DNA of 64,000 bases, taken from contig CAXWPL010000001.1 of assembly GCA_963666215.2 (NCBI GenBank), positions 512,001-576,000 of the forward strand, given 5' to 3'. The notes under the pieces were generated by a model. It was not told the origin of the DNA and did no database searches. It saw nothing but the letters and a program-made list of their open reading frames with translations. Made by a program: the position numbers and the translations under genes. The DNA comes from Acidobacteriota bacterium. Its GTDB lineage: Bacteria; Acidobacteriota; UBA890; WLXD01. This document shows, piece by piece, positions 26,530 to 37,545 of this stretch (position 1 is the stretch's first letter; the number at the start of each line of letters is the position of its first letter).

Positions 26530-28062
26530 ATGACCAAGGTTGAACGCTGGGAGATCGCGCCGGGACTGACGATCTCGCGGATCGTGACCGGTCTGTGGCA
26601 AATCGCCGACATGGAACGCGACGACGTCCTGCTCGATCCTGTGGCAACCGCAGCGGCGCTGGCACCGTACGTCGATAGCGGGCTGACAACCTTCGACATG
26701 GCCGACCACTACGGATCGGCCGAACGAATTGTCGGGGTTCTGCTGAAAGAGTCCACTGCAACGAGCGACCGCGTTCAGGCGTTGACCAAGTGGGTACCGC
26801 CGCCCGGCCCATCGACCCGAGATGAAACTCGGGCCGCCGTGCAGCGGGCGCTCGATCGACTCGAGTCGAAGCGTATCGACCTACTGCAGTTCCATACGTG
26901 GAACTACGCCGATCCGAGCTACCTCGACACGCTGCTGTACCTGCAGGAGCTCAAAGACGAAGGACTGATTCGACACATCGGGCTCACCAACATCGATACC
27001 GCGCACCTGCGGGTGATCCTGCACACGGGTATCGAAGTCGTTTCGAATCAGGTCAGCTTTTCGCTGCTCGACCAGCGGGCGCGCGTCAACGGCATGACCG
27101 CTCTGTGCCAAGAACACAGCGTGACGCTGCTGGCGTTCGGCACCGTTGCGGGCGGCTTCCTCACCGAGCGCTGGCTCGGTGAGCCGGAGCCCGATTGGCA
27201 AGCCCTCGAGACGTGGTCGCAGATGAAGTACGGCCGCTTCATCGCCGAGACCGGCGGCTGGGACGCTCTCCAGCGCCTACTGCGGGTGGTCGAGAGCATC
27301 GCCCACCGTCAGGAAACGTCGATGGCCAACGTCGCCTGCCGCTACGTCCTCGATCAGCCCTCAGTCGGCGGCGTGATTGTTGGCGCTCGGCCCGGCATCA
27401 GTGACCGCCGCGAAGACAACCTGCGTGTGTTCGGATTCGAGCTCAGCGACGAGGACCACGCAGAGCTCAACGCTGCCGTCGCGCGTCTGCGAGCCATCCC
27501 CGGCGACTGTGGCGACGAGTATCGCCGTGCGCCTTACCTCACCGCCTCGGGCGACCTCAGTCACCACATCGACGAGCTTCCGGCTCCCTACGAGGCCACC
27601 CTCGCCCCCAACGGCCGCACACGCGTGCTCAGCGGCACCGTGTGGGAGGACCACGCGGGCTTCAGCCGCGCTGTCGTGGAAAACGACCGCATCCTGATCT
27701 CGGGAACGACGGCGACGCACGGCACGATGTCGGTCGGCGGCAGCGACGCGGAAGCGCAGGCCCACTTCATCATCGACAAGATCGAGGGTGCCCTGCAGTC
27801 GCTCGGCGCCACCCTGGCCGACGTCATCCGCACGCGGGTCTACATCCACAACGCCGCCGACTGGGAAGCCATCTCGCGAGTCCACGGGCAGCGCTTTGCC
27901 GAAATCATGCCGGCGAACACACTCGTGCAAGCGGGACTCATCGGCAGCGGCTACTTGGTCGAGATCGAGGCCGAAGCGGTGCTTCGCGCGGAGTCCGACA
28001 CGCGATCCGCCACCCGAGCTGCGGGCCTGGTCATCTGTCGACAGTCGATCACACGTGGCTGA
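26530..28062 (+). CDS. Aldo/keto reductase fused to C-terminal RidA/YjgF domain
   Basis: GLWQ, FDMADHYG, IDLLQFHTW, SNQV; then WE..AGFSRAV..ISGTTA..LVEIEAEA. Confidence 0.88.
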   Translation: MTKVERWEIAPGLTISRIVTGLWQIADMERDDVLLDPVATAAALAPYVDSGLTTFDMADHYGSAERIVGVLLKESTATSDRVQALTKWVPPPGPSTRDETRAAVQRALDRLESKRIDLLQFHTWNYADPSYLDTLLYLQELKDEGLIRHIGLTNIDTAHLRVILHTGIEVVSNQVSFSLLDQRARVNGMTALCQEHSVTLLAFGTVAGGFLTERWLGEPEPDWQALETWSQMKYGRFIAETGGWDALQRLLRVVESIAHRQETSMANVACRYVLDQPSVGGVIVGARPGISDRREDNLRVFGFELSDEDHAELNAAVARLRAIPGDCGDEYRRAPYLTASGDLSHHIDELPAPYEATLAPNGRTRVLSGTVWEDHAGFSRAVVENDRILISGTTATHGTMSVGGSDAEAQAHFIIDKIEGALQSLGATLADVIRTRVYIHNAADWEAISRVHGQRFAEIMPANTLVQAGLIGSGYLVEIEAEAVLRAESDTRSATRAAGLVICRQSITRG

Positions 28063-28840
28063 GGCGCCGTTCCAGGCGACCGCCCAACAGCGCGATCGAC
28101 GAGCAGAGCACGAAATACAGCACCGCGACAAAGATCCACACCTCGAAAACCGCGCGCGTCGACGCAACGACCTCGCTGGCGGCGTAGGTGAGCTCGGGGA
28201 TCGAGATCAGCGAGATGATCGAGGAATCCTTGACGAGAGAGGTCAGCTGATTGACCAGTGGCGGCAGGACGCGGCGCAGTGCCTGCGGCAGCACGATGTC
28301 GCGCAGGGTGGTTGTGCGCGACAGCCCGAGGCTGGCGGCGGCTTCCCATTGGCCTCGACCTACCGACTGCACCCCGGCGCGCACGATCTCGGCGACGTAG
28401 GCGCTCTGCAGCATTGCCAGGCAAACAACGCCGGAGGCCAGAGCCCCGAGCTGAAGCTGGCTCGACAGGAAGAAGTAGAAGACGAACACGAAGACCAGCG
28501 GCGGTGTGTTGCGGACGAGCTCGACGTACGTGCGGGCCAGGGCACGCGGTAACCGTGCGCCCGAGAGTCGGCCCAGACCGAGCCCAACGCCGGCGACCAG
28601 CGCGAGTATCGAGCCCGACACAGCCAGGTAGAGGGTTGTGCCGAAGCCGCGTAGCAACGTGTTCGCCGCCCAGCGCCCCGTCTCGGGGTCGCGAAGGAAG
28701 GCGTATCGCGCAATAACCGACCACCGCCAGTTGTAGTTGAGCCCGGCGCTAACGCGGTACACCAGTGCCGCAAGCACCACGACCAGGACGGCGAGGAGAA
28801 GATGATCACCGAGACGTAACCACCGGCCTGAGCGCGTCAC
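28049..28840 (-). CDS. Polar amino acid ABC transporter permease
   Basis: YVELVRNTP, GQWEAA.SLG, LPQA, KDSS. Confidence 0.9.
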   Translation of the reverse strand: MTRSGRWLRLGDHLLLAVLVVVLAALVYRVSAGLNYNWRWSVIARYAFLRDPETGRWAANTLLRGFGTTLYLAVSGSILALVAGVGLGLGRLSGARLPRALARTYVELVRNTPPLVFVFVFYFFLSSQLQLGALASGVVCLAMLQSAYVAEIVRAGVQSVGRGQWEAAASLGLSRTTTLRDIVLPQALRRVLPPLVNQLTSLVKDSSIISLISIPELTYAASEVVASTRAVFEVWIFVAVLYFVLCSSIALLGGRLERRLSHV

Positions 28841-29721
28841 GACGAGCCTTCCAGGTGAGGATCGCTCTCTGTGGACGCGCCTGAGTCGCTTTCCGCCGCC
28901 ACCAGCGGAGCCCAGTCGCGGGTTTCGAACCAGTGGCGGCGACGCTCTTCGAGGAATCCGTCCTCCCAGCGCAGACGGATCCAGTTGTTGAAGACGTTGA
29001 GCGCGTCGACGTCGCCCTTGCGCAGCGCGAACCCTTCGGCTCCGCGCGGAAACTCGATGCCGGCCGCGCGCGTGAGGACTTCCGGGTGATCGAGCAGCCA
29101 GAAGGTGGGCGACGGCTCGCTCGAAACCGTCGCGTGGGCGTTGCCATTGAGAACCTCCTGAAAGCCAGCGCCGTCGTCGTCGAACAGCAAGAGCCGAGCC
29201 TGCGGGAAGATCCTCGCGATGATCGTGGCGGGAGTGGCGCCTCGGCGCGCCGCGAAGGTGATCTCCGGCCGGTTGAAGTCGTCGACCGATTCGAGTCCCG
29301 CGGCGAGCTCACGGTGGCTCACCATGCCCATCCCGGAGTACGAGTACGGCTCGGTGAAGTTCAGTGTGACGTTGCGCTGCGTCGTGATGGTCATACCGGA
29401 CACGATCAGGTCGAAGCGACCCGACAGCAGCGCCGGAACAATGCCGTCCCATGCCGTCGGCACGAGCTCCACCTCCACGCCGAGGTCGGCCGCCAAGCGT
29501 CGAGCAACGTCGACCTCGAAGCCGACCAGGTTGCCGTCGACGCCGCGCATCGTCCAGGGCACAAAAATCGACATCCCGATGCGCATCGTGCCGCGCCGCT
29601 GGATCTCTTCGATCACGCTCGGCGAGCCGCCGCCCGCCTGTGTTCCCGACGTGCCGGGTGCGCACGCCAAGCTGACCAACACGAGGACTAACGCGAGGGA
29701 AGCGACCCATCGCAGCCCCAT
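28837..29721 (-). CDS. Polar amino acid ABC transporter substrate-binding lipoprotein
   Basis: LVSLAC lipobox; GFEVDVA, WDGIVPALLSGRFD. Confidence 0.9.
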   Translation of the reverse strand: MGLRWVASLALVLVLVSLACAPGTSGTQAGGGSPSVIEEIQRRGTMRIGMSIFVPWTMRGVDGNLVGFEVDVARRLAADLGVEVELVPTAWDGIVPALLSGRFDLIVSGMTITTQRNVTLNFTEPYSYSGMGMVSHRELAAGLESVDDFNRPEITFAARRGATPATIIARIFPQARLLLFDDDGAGFQEVLNGNAHATVSSEPSPTFWLLDHPEVLTRAAGIEFPRGAEGFALRKGDVDALNVFNNWIRLRWEDGFLEERRRHWFETRDWAPLVAAESDSGASTESDPHLEGSS

Positions 29722-29777
29722 CCTCGAGACTCGGAGATCGGTGCGGCACGCTCTTTCTCTTGCGGTGAGTTGCACCA

Positions 29778-30611
29778 TCAGCTCGGGGTTTGCAGCTTGG
29801 CTTCAAGACGACCGGCAAGCGTCGACAACGACGTCGTCGCCACCAGATAGATCGCGGCCACTGTGAACCACACCTCGAAGCTCATGAACGTCTCGGACAC
29901 CAGGTTACGACCCGCCGTCGTCAACTCGGCCACGGCAATCACACTGACAATCGCCGAGTGCTTGATCAGCGACACCGCCAGCGACGTCAACGGTGGCATG
30001 ACGATGCGCAACGCCTGCGGCAACACCACCGACCGATAGGTCTCAAAGCGCGACAGACCGAGGCTAGCGCAGGCTTCCCATTGCCCGCTCGGCACCGCCG
30101 CGATACCGGCCCGGAAGATCTCCGAGGCCAGCGCGCCCTCGAAAACGGCGAGCGCCAGAATGCCCACAGCATATCGATCGAGCCCGAGTACCGGGGCCAC
30201 CACGAAGTAGGTCAGATAGAGCTGCACCAGGAGCGGCGTGCTGCGAATCACTTCGAGGTAGATGCGCGCCAGCGCCCGACCCACGATGAGACCCGAGGAA
30301 CGCAGCACAGCCACCGCCACGCCTATCGATAGCGCCAGGGGCAAGCTCCACAGCACAATTTTCACCGTCGCCGCCGCACCCATCGCCAGCGGACCCCAAA
30401 CCCAATGGCCATCACGCACGGTCAGCAACATCGGCGACACTCGATACCACTGCCAGCGATAGCCCAAGCTCTGCGCACCGTAGCCGATAGCGAGCACGAG
30501 CCCCGTAAGTACGGCCAGGTACAACACGACGTCGCGCCTGGCGGAGGTGCGCCGCGGAGGGCGCCGCTCTTCTGGATCGGGCGACAGATCAGTGCGAGAG
30601 GATTCGTCCAA
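29778..30611 (-). CDS. Polar amino acid ABC transporter permease
   Basis: [27 protein letters not shown]; start uncertain. Confidence 0.88.
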   Translation of the reverse strand: MDESSRTDLSPDPEERRPPRRTSARRDVVLYLAVLTGLVLAIGYGAQSLGYRWQWYRVSPMLLTVRDGHWVWGPLAMGAAATVKIVLWSLPLALSIGVAVAVLRSSGLIVGRALARIYLEVIRSTPLLVQLYLTYFVVAPVLGLDRYAVGILALAVFEGALASEIFRAGIAAVPSGQWEACASLGLSRFETYRSVVLPQALRIVMPPLTSLAVSLIKHSAIVSVIAVAELTTAGRNLVSETFMSFEVWFTVAAIYLVATTSLSTLAGRLEAKLQTPS

Positions 30612-31344
30612 GGAACTTTCGCGTCCGGTCGTGGCCAGGGGCATCAAAGAATTGTGACGGCGGGGCGGTCTCGACGATTCGACCCTCGTCCATGAACACC
30701 ATCGTGTCGGCCACGCGCCGAGCGAATCCCATCTCGTGGCTGACAACGATCATCGTCATGCCCTCCTCGGCAAGCTCGATCATCACGTCGAGCACCTCCT
30801 GGACCATCTCGGGATCGAGCGCCGATGTCGGCTCGTCGAAGAGCATGATCTCGGGCTCCATGCACAGACTGCGGGCGATGGCGACGCGCTGCTGTTGCCC
30901 TCCGGACAGCTGCGCCGGGAACTTGTTTGCCTGCTCAGGAATGTGAACGCGCTCGAGATAGCGCATGGCGAGCCCCTCGGCCGCGGCTCGATCGAATCCA
31001 CGGGCCCGCATCGGCGCCAGAGCCAGGTTGCCGAGAACAGTCAGGTGCGGAAACAGGTTGAACTGCTGGAACACCATCCCGGTCTTGCGGCGGATTTGTG
31101 CGAGGGCCTCGCTGCGGTTGCCGCGAGGCCCTTCGGTATGGGTTGCCGTCAGCTCGACGCCATCCACGACCACGCGACCGCCGTCGGGGCTCTCGAGACC
31201 ATTGATGCAACGCATCAGTGTCGATTTCCCCGAGCCGGACGGCCCACAAATCACCACACGGCCACCGCGCTCGACCTCGAGATCCACATCGCGAAGCGCT
31301 TGAAAACCGCCGAAATACTTGTTGAGATGCTCGATCGAAATCAT
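30589..31344 (-). CDS. Polar amino acid ABC transporter ATP-binding protein
   Basis: [34 protein letters not shown]. Confidence 0.95.
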   Translation of the reverse strand: MISIEHLNKYFGGFQALRDVDLEVERGGRVVICGPSGSGKSTLMRCINGLESPDGGRVVVDGVELTATHTEGPRGNRSEALAQIRRKTGMVFQQFNLFPHLTVLGNLALAPMRARGFDRAAAEGLAMRYLERVHIPEQANKFPAQLSGGQQQRVAIARSLCMEPEIMLFDEPTSALDPEMVQEVLDVMIELAEEGMTMIVVSHEMGFARRVADTMVFMDEGRIVETAPPSQFFDAPGHDRTRKFLGRILSH

Positions 31345-31443
31345 CAGGTCAACCAGACTAGCGCGGGTTGTCGGCGCCAGGCGAATCGGCGAACATCGCG
31401 CTCGGCGCCCTGTAGCCACCTCACCCGCGCCGACTCCCGCCAT

Positions 31444-31599
31444 GATCCGCGCGCCGTGCTCTCGATTCTCGTGCTCGTCTTCGGCGGCCAACCCGGCGTT
31501 GCAGGCATCGTCTATTTCCTGATGGGCCCGCTACACGCCTTCATGGGCTTCCACAACGCAAGGCGCGCCGAGATGATAAAGGAACACCTGGAAGTCTGA
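31444..31599 (+). pseudogene. Orphan C-terminal membrane-protein fragment
   Basis: [36 protein letters not shown]...* looks coding but has no start; family uncertain. Confidence 0.3.
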
Positions 31600-31668
31600 T
31601 TTAGCGATACTCTGTTGGTGACAATTTGCTCTAACCACTCGCCAAACTTTCCCTACGGAGATGATCCG

Positions 31669-33249
31669 ATGACGCAATCTCGCCCGGCGCTTATGCCGCC
31701 ACGCCTGCTGGTTATTTCGCTGCTGCTGGTGATTTCGCTACCGGTTCCCGGCCGCACCGCCGTTGCGCCCGACGACGTCGACCTCCACGCCGTCTATCGC
31801 ATCAAGCAGGAGGGCCTGAACAACTCTCAGGTCATGAACATCCTGAGCTGGCTCACCGACGTCCACGGGCCACGACTCACCGGCTCGCCCAACCTTCGTG
31901 CGGCTGCCGAGTGGACCGTGGAAATGTTCCGGGAGTGGGGCATGGAGGCGCGCCTCGAGAACTGGGGTGAGTTCGGCCGCGGCTGGTCGAACGAGCGCGT
32001 CGTCCTTCACGTCGTCGAGCCGCAAGATTATCCGGTGATCGGATTCCCCAAGGCCTGGACGGGCAGCACCGATGGCCCGTTGATCGCCGAGGCGACGATC
32101 GCGCTGGCCGAGAACGACGCAGACTACGAGGAGCTGCGCGGCACGCTGGCTGGCAAGGTGGTGCTCGGCGCCGCCATGCCCACCATCGAAGCCAAGTGGG
32201 AAGCACCAGCGCGCCGTTTCACCGCAGCGGATCTCGAGGAACGAGCCATGGCGGCCGAGCCGCGCAGCGGAGGCAACTTCGACCCATCGCGCTTTCGTGC
32301 GGCTCGCGAGCGCCAGGAGCGACTGCGCGACTTCCTGCGCGAGGAAGGTGTTGTCGCGGTGCTCGAGCCTTCTGCTCGTGGTACGGGTGGAACGATCTTC
32401 GTCAGCGGCGGCGGCTCGCGCGTGATCGGCGATGACTACGGTGTGCCGCAAATCGTTCTCACCGCCGAGCACTACGGGCGCATTTACCGGACTCTGGAGA
32501 AGGGCGTCGCGGTGAAGATGGAGATCGACGTGCGCAGTACCTTCCACGAGGAAGACCCGACAGCGTTCAACGTGTTAGCCGAGCTACCCGGCACCGATCT
32601 CGCGGACGAGATCGTGATGCTCGGCGCACACTTCGATTCTTGGCATGCGGGCACGGGCGCCACCGACAACGCCGCTGGCGCCGCCGCGATGATGGAGGCG
32701 GTCCGCATCATCAAGCAGGCCGGGCTGCAGCCGCGACGGACCATCCGCGTGGGGCTGTGGACGGGAGAGGAGCGGGGTCTCCTGGGCTCCCGGGCTTATG
32801 TGAAAGAGCACTTCGCGGATCCCGCAACGATGGAGCTGAAGCCGGCGCACGCCAAGATGGCGGCCTACTTCAATCTCGACAACGGAACCGGCGCCATCCG
32901 CGGCGTTTACCTGCAGGGCAACGAGGCCGTGGCGCCGCTCTTCGAGTCGTGGATGAAGCCGTCCCACAACCTCGGCATGGAAACGCTATCGATCCGCAAC
33001 ACAGGTGGCACCGACCACCTGGCGTTCGACGCGGTCGGTTTGCCCGGCTTCCAGTTCATCCAGGATCCCATCGAGTACGGAAGTCGTAGCCACCACTCGA
33101 ACATGGACACCTTCGAGCGCATCCAGCCGGGCAATATGCAGAAGAACGCCGTGATCATCGCCGCGTTCGCCTACCACGCCGCGACGCGCGACGAGGCGTT
33201 GCCACGCAAGCCACTGCCGAAGCCGCGGCCGAGCGGCCGACCCTTCTGA
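31669..33249 (+). CDS. M28-family metallopeptidase (carboxypeptidase Q-like)
   Basis: HGPRLTGS, GAHFDSW, ATDNA, WTGEE.GL, TDH, HHSNMD. Confidence 0.9.
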   Translation: MTQSRPALMPPRLLVISLLLVISLPVPGRTAVAPDDVDLHAVYRIKQEGLNNSQVMNILSWLTDVHGPRLTGSPNLRAAAEWTVEMFREWGMEARLENWGEFGRGWSNERVVLHVVEPQDYPVIGFPKAWTGSTDGPLIAEATIALAENDADYEELRGTLAGKVVLGAAMPTIEAKWEAPARRFTAADLEERAMAAEPRSGGNFDPSRFRAARERQERLRDFLREEGVVAVLEPSARGTGGTIFVSGGGSRVIGDDYGVPQIVLTAEHYGRIYRTLEKGVAVKMEIDVRSTFHEEDPTAFNVLAELPGTDLADEIVMLGAHFDSWHAGTGATDNAAGAAAMMEAVRIIKQAGLQPRRTIRVGLWTGEERGLLGSRAYVKEHFADPATMELKPAHAKMAAYFNLDNGTGAIRGVYLQGNEAVAPLFESWMKPSHNLGMETLSIRNTGGTDHLAFDAVGLPGFQFIQDPIEYGSRSHHSNMDTFERIQPGNMQKNAVIIAAFAYHAATRDEALPRKPLPKPRPSGRPF

Positions 33250-33282
33250 AGAGCCGGGTCTGTTCAACGAGCCCGGTTCTTC
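33248..33282. terminator. Hairpin between convergent genes
   Basis: GAAGAGCCGGG...CCCGGTTCTTC inverted repeat. Confidence 0.55.
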
Positions 33283-33327
33283 GGAAGCGGTCGACCACAA
33301 GCGCCAGCGCGGACTCTCCCTAGCAGC

Positions 33328-34266
33328 TCAGCGTGAGCTCTCGAGGAAGCGCAGGAACTCGCCGTCCGTCCCCAGCACGAGCGTCGTGTCCTGGCCCAGC
33401 GTTTCGCGATACACCTCCAGCGTCTTGATGAAGCGATAGAAGTCGACATCGGCGTTGTACGCAGCGGCATACACATCGGCGGCCGTAGCATCGGCCGTAC
33501 CTTTGATCTCCTGCGCTGAACGGTAGGCCTCCGACCGGATCGTCGCCAGCTCACGCTCCTTCTCACCGCTGATTCGGGCCGCCTCGCCGGCGCCCTCCGA
33601 GCGGAACTGCTCGGCAATGCGCTGGCGCTCCGAGATCATCCGGTTGTAGACCTCGCGCCGAACCTCCTCGACGTAGTTGATGCGCTTGAAGCGGAAGTCG
33701 AGGATCTCGATGCCCAAGTCGGTCGTGCGAGCCTGCGCCGCGGCCAGCACTTCGGCGGCGAGAGCGTCCCGACCAACCGACACGTTGATTGCCTCCCTCT
33801 CTCCCAACTCCGCCCCGAGCTCCTCGCTCTCGATGAAGGCGCGGTTGCTCGTGCGAACGACCTCGATCAGATCGTGCTTGGCGATCGTGTTGCGGGTTTC
33901 ACCATCGAGGATGTCGTCGAGCCGCGACTGCGCGCCGCGCTCATCGCGAAGCCGCTGGAAGAACAGCAGCGGATCCGTAATGCGCCAGCGCGAGTAGGCG
34001 TCGACATGGATGAAACGCTTGTCGCGGGTGGGCAGCTGATTGCTGTCGCCGTCCCACTCCATGAACCGCTTCTCGAAGAAATTCGCAGCCTGCACGATAG
34101 GCAACTTGAAGTGCAGACCGGCGTCGCTGATGGGCTCGCCCACAGGCTCGCCGAACTGCGTGATGATCACCTGTTGGGTTTCGTCGACGATGAAGACCGC
34201 GCCGCTCACGACAGAGAGGATGGCCAGAACGATCACCATGATGACGACCATGGATGCCTGTTTCAT
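33328..34266 (-). CDS. hflC: FtsH protease modulator HflC
   Basis: IITQFG, SPFH domain, RMISERQRIAEQFRSEG. Confidence 0.93.
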   Translation of the reverse strand: MKQASMVVIMVIVLAILSVVSGAVFIVDETQQVIITQFGEPVGEPISDAGLHFKLPIVQAANFFEKRFMEWDGDSNQLPTRDKRFIHVDAYSRWRITDPLLFFQRLRDERGAQSRLDDILDGETRNTIAKHDLIEVVRTSNRAFIESEELGAELGEREAINVSVGRDALAAEVLAAAQARTTDLGIEILDFRFKRINYVEEVRREVYNRMISERQRIAEQFRSEGAGEAARISGEKERELATIRSEAYRSAQEIKGTADATAADVYAAAYNADVDFYRFIKTLEVYRETLGQDTTLVLGTDGEFLRFLESSR

Positions 34267-35321
34267 TGCTGGGCTCCCGAGTTGGGGTTGGTCAAGGATC
34301 GCAGCGCCTCGGCAGCCCCGCCGCCGCCCATGGGCAGAAGCGGCATGATGCCCTGGATGTCCTGGTCGATGATGATCTTCTGGCGCACCGACGGCAGCAG
34401 CTCGAGCATGGTCTCGAGATACAGCCGGCGGCGGGTTACCTCCGGCGCACGCCGGTAGGCCTCGTAGAGCGCGCGGAATCGAGCCGCGTCGCCCTCGGCA
34501 CGGTTCACCCGGTCGGCGGAATAACCCACGGCCTCCTGAATCGTCTGCAGTGCTTCACCACGCGCCCGCGGCACCACACGGTTGTACTCCGAGCGCGCCT
34601 CGTTGATCATCCGCTCGCGCTCCTGCTGGGCCTGGTTGACCTCGTTGAACGAGGCACGCACCGCCTCCGGCGGGGTGACGTCCTGCAGGACGATCTGCTC
34701 CACGTGAATGCCGGTCTCGTACTGGTCGCAGAGCTCCTGCAACCGGACCTCAACCTCGCTGGCGATTTCCTGACGCCCGACGGTTAGCACTTCACTGACG
34801 CTACGGTCGCCCACCACGGTCCGCATCACCGCCTCGTTCATGTCGCGGAACGTCTCGGTAACCTCGCGCACCTTGAACATGTAGAGGTAGGGATCGGCAA
34901 CGCGATACTGCGTGGTCCACTCCACAACACCGACGTTGAGATCGCCGGTCAACATGAGTGACTCCTCGGTGACGTCGCGGAACTCCGAGCGCCCCCCCCC
35001 CACCCCGGCCGATACCGTTCGATAGCCGAACTCCTGCTTGAGCTGGCGCTGAACCGGCACCTTCTGGACGGTCTGGAACGGGGGCGGCAGCTTGAAGTGC
35101 AGCCCCGGCTCGGTTATGTGGCTGAACGCACCCAAGGTCAGCACCACGCCGACCTCCTCGGGCGTAACCGTGTAGATCATCGTCCACGCGAGCACCGCGA
35201 CGATGATCAGAATCGGCACCAAGCCCGACGAAAGCCACGGGGGCATTCGCGGCGGCTTGAAGTTGCCGATCTTCAGATTCTCGAGATTCAGATCGCCGAA
35301 CGGGCGCGAATCCATATCCAC
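34263..35321 (-). CDS. hflK: FtsH protease modulator HflK
   Basis: MLTGDLN, PPEAVRASFNEV, VVPRARGEA, RRLYLETM. Confidence 0.93.
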   Translation of the reverse strand: MDMDSRPFGDLNLENLKIGNFKPPRMPPWLSSGLVPILIIVAVLAWTMIYTVTPEEVGVVLTLGAFSHITEPGLHFKLPPPFQTVQKVPVQRQLKQEFGYRTVSAGVGGGRSEFRDVTEESLMLTGDLNVGVVEWTTQYRVADPYLYMFKVREVTETFRDMNEAVMRTVVGDRSVSEVLTVGRQEIASEVEVRLQELCDQYETGIHVEQIVLQDVTPPEAVRASFNEVNQAQQERERMINEARSEYNRVVPRARGEALQTIQEAVGYSADRVNRAEGDAARFRALYEAYRRAPEVTRRRLYLETMLELLPSVRQKIIIDQDIQGIMPLLPMGGGGAAEALRSLTNPNSGAQQ

Positions 35322-35569
35322 CTCCTGAGTTGAAGAGACGGGAGTCTCACGTTGCGCTTCACCCGTCTGGTCGCTGTCTCGCTGTCACGGTACCGCGAGC
35401 AAGCTCGCCGCGTAACGGGAAAGCAGGATCGGCGGCGGGTCGTCGCGACGCTCGTGATCCAGGAAACACTCCACGACCCTGCTGGGGCGGAAAATAGCGC
35501 TCCAGGAAGAACTTCTCGCTCCGGTCGCTGGCCCCCCGGCCCCAGTCCAGAGAGTCCCGCGCCGGCCGC

Positions 35570-35740
35570 CTACTTCCAGCGCAGCGCTTCCACCGGGGCC
35601 ACACGCGCCGCGCGGCGAGCCGGCAAGTAGCTGGCCAGCAGGACCGTGGCGGCAACGCACAGCGCCACCACACCGTAGGTCGGCACGTCGAGCGGGGCGA
35701 CCCCGAACAGCAACGCGGCCATCAATCGCGCAACGATGCC
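35570..35740 (-). pseudogene. C-terminal fragment of ADOP-type ABC permease
   Basis: LLFGVAPLDVPTY...LASYLPARRAARVAPVEALR. Confidence 0.75.
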
Positions 35741-35743
35741 GGT

Positions 35744-36946
35744 GTGATGGGCGGACACGTGCGCCGCGTCGACGAGGACCTCGACGGCGCACTTCGAGCG
35801 GCTGCCGTTGCCGAGCACGGTGACAATCCCGACGTCTTCGAAATGGTTGCTCGAGCCGAATTCAGCGACGACCGCTTCACCGATGAGGTGACGTACGCCG
35901 ACCTGGCGCCGCGGGCCTGGCGCCACGAAATCAGCGGTTCCGGCGTGCCCATGCTGGTACTGGTGAGCTGGCTCGATGCCGGCACGATTGAGGGCGCGTT
36001 GCTGCGAGCCCGGCACTTCGAGAACCCGCAGAAGATCGTCATCATGGCAACGAGCCATGGGGGTGGCGGCCACGCCAGCCCCTACGTTGTCTCGGGCGAC
36101 GCTGTCGCGCCCGCACCGAGCGTCGGCGAACAGTTTGCGCTACGCCGCGACTTCTTCGATCGGCATCTCAAGGGCGTCGACAACAACGTCGACGACTGGC
36201 CTCGCATCCGTTACTACAACCTTGGCGAAGAGGCGTTCCGCGAAACCGAGCGCTGGCCGCCCGGCGGCGTATCGAGCATGACCTGGTTCCTGGGCACCGA
36301 CAACAGTCTCAGCCCCGAGCCGCAAACGGCCGTGGGCTCTGACGCATATGCCGTCGACTTCGACGTCTCGACCGGTGCCAACAATCGCTGGCGCACACAG
36401 ATGGGACAACCAGTCCTCAACCTCGACGACCGCGGCGCGATGGACGCGCGGATGCTGACGTACACCAGCGCGCCGCTTGACGCTGCTCTGCAGATCACGG
36501 GGACCCCGACAATCACGCTGCATGTCGCCTCCGATCACGAAGACGGCGCGCTGCTGGCCTATCTGGAAGACGTCGACCCGGCGGGGCGCAGCCGCTACAT
36601 CACGGAAGGCGGCGTGCGACTCATTCACCGCCGACTGTCAACCGACCCCGACTTCCCCGTCGACGAGCCTGGCCTCGGCAACAGCACCATTACGGCGGCC
36701 CTTCCCTACCGTTCGTATGCTCGTGCGGACTCGGCCCCGATGGTGGCAGGGCGGGTCGAAGAGGTCACGATCAGCCTCTGGGCGACCTCGGTACGCATAC
36801 AACCAGGGCATCGGCTGCGCCTGGCCATCGCCGGCGCCGACAGCGGCACCCTGGAGCGCGCTCCAACTATTGGCAACCCGACGATTCGCGTCTTTTGGGG
36901 TGTTGCCCAGCCCTCTACACTGACGATCCCCATGCAGGCTCCATAG
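35744..36946 (+). pseudogene. 5'-truncated CocE/NonD-family hydrolase
   Basis: SWLD, LTYTSAPL..LQITGTP, YLEDV..G..RYITEG, GHRLRLAIAGAD; nucleophile-containing N-terminal half absent. Confidence 0.75.
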
Positions 36947-36985
36947 GGGACCGACCGCTCGCCACACTCTCGCCACATGCAGCGA

Positions 36986-37489
36986 ATGCTTTCTACCTTC
37001 CGCCACTCCATTCAGGTCGGCCTGTCGTTCGGGCTGATGTCAGGCGCGATCACGACGCTGGGATTGATCGTCGGGCTCGCGGCCGGCACGCAATCGCGAC
37101 TGGCGGTGATTGGCGGCATCGTGACGATCGCGATCGCCGACGCTCTCTCCGACGCCCTCGGAATTCACGTGGCAGAGGAAGCCGAAAACGTACACTCCGA
37201 ACGCGAGATCTGGGCCGCCACCGGGGCAACGTTCGTCGCCAAGTTGATCGTGGCGAGCTCCTTCCTGATCCCAGTGCTGCTGTTCGACCTGGTAACTGCT
37301 GTAGCGGTGTCGGTGGCCTGGGGCATTACGGTCGTGACGCTGTTGAGCTTCCAGATCGCTCGCACGCAGGGTGCGAAGTGGCTGCCGGTGGTGGCCGAGC
37401 ACGTCGTCGTTGCAGCTCTCGTTGTAGCGGTCACCCACGTGCTGGGAACGCTCGTGGCCGCAACGTTCGGCAACGGCACCGCATCGTAG
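36986..37489 (+). CDS. VIT1/CCC1-like membrane protein
   Basis: SFGLMSGAITTLGL, IAIADALSDALGIHVAEE. Confidence 0.75.
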   Translation: MLSTFRHSIQVGLSFGLMSGAITTLGLIVGLAAGTQSRLAVIGGIVTIAIADALSDALGIHVAEEAENVHSEREIWAATGATFVAKLIVASSFLIPVLLFDLVTAVAVSVAWGITVVTLLSFQIARTQGAKWLPVVAEHVVVAALVVAVTHVLGTLVAATFGNGTAS

Positions 37490-37545
37490 GCGCGCCCGAG
37501 GTTCAGACCGCTCCTCGGCAGGTGGGGCTGGGGCAGCGAACCCGG

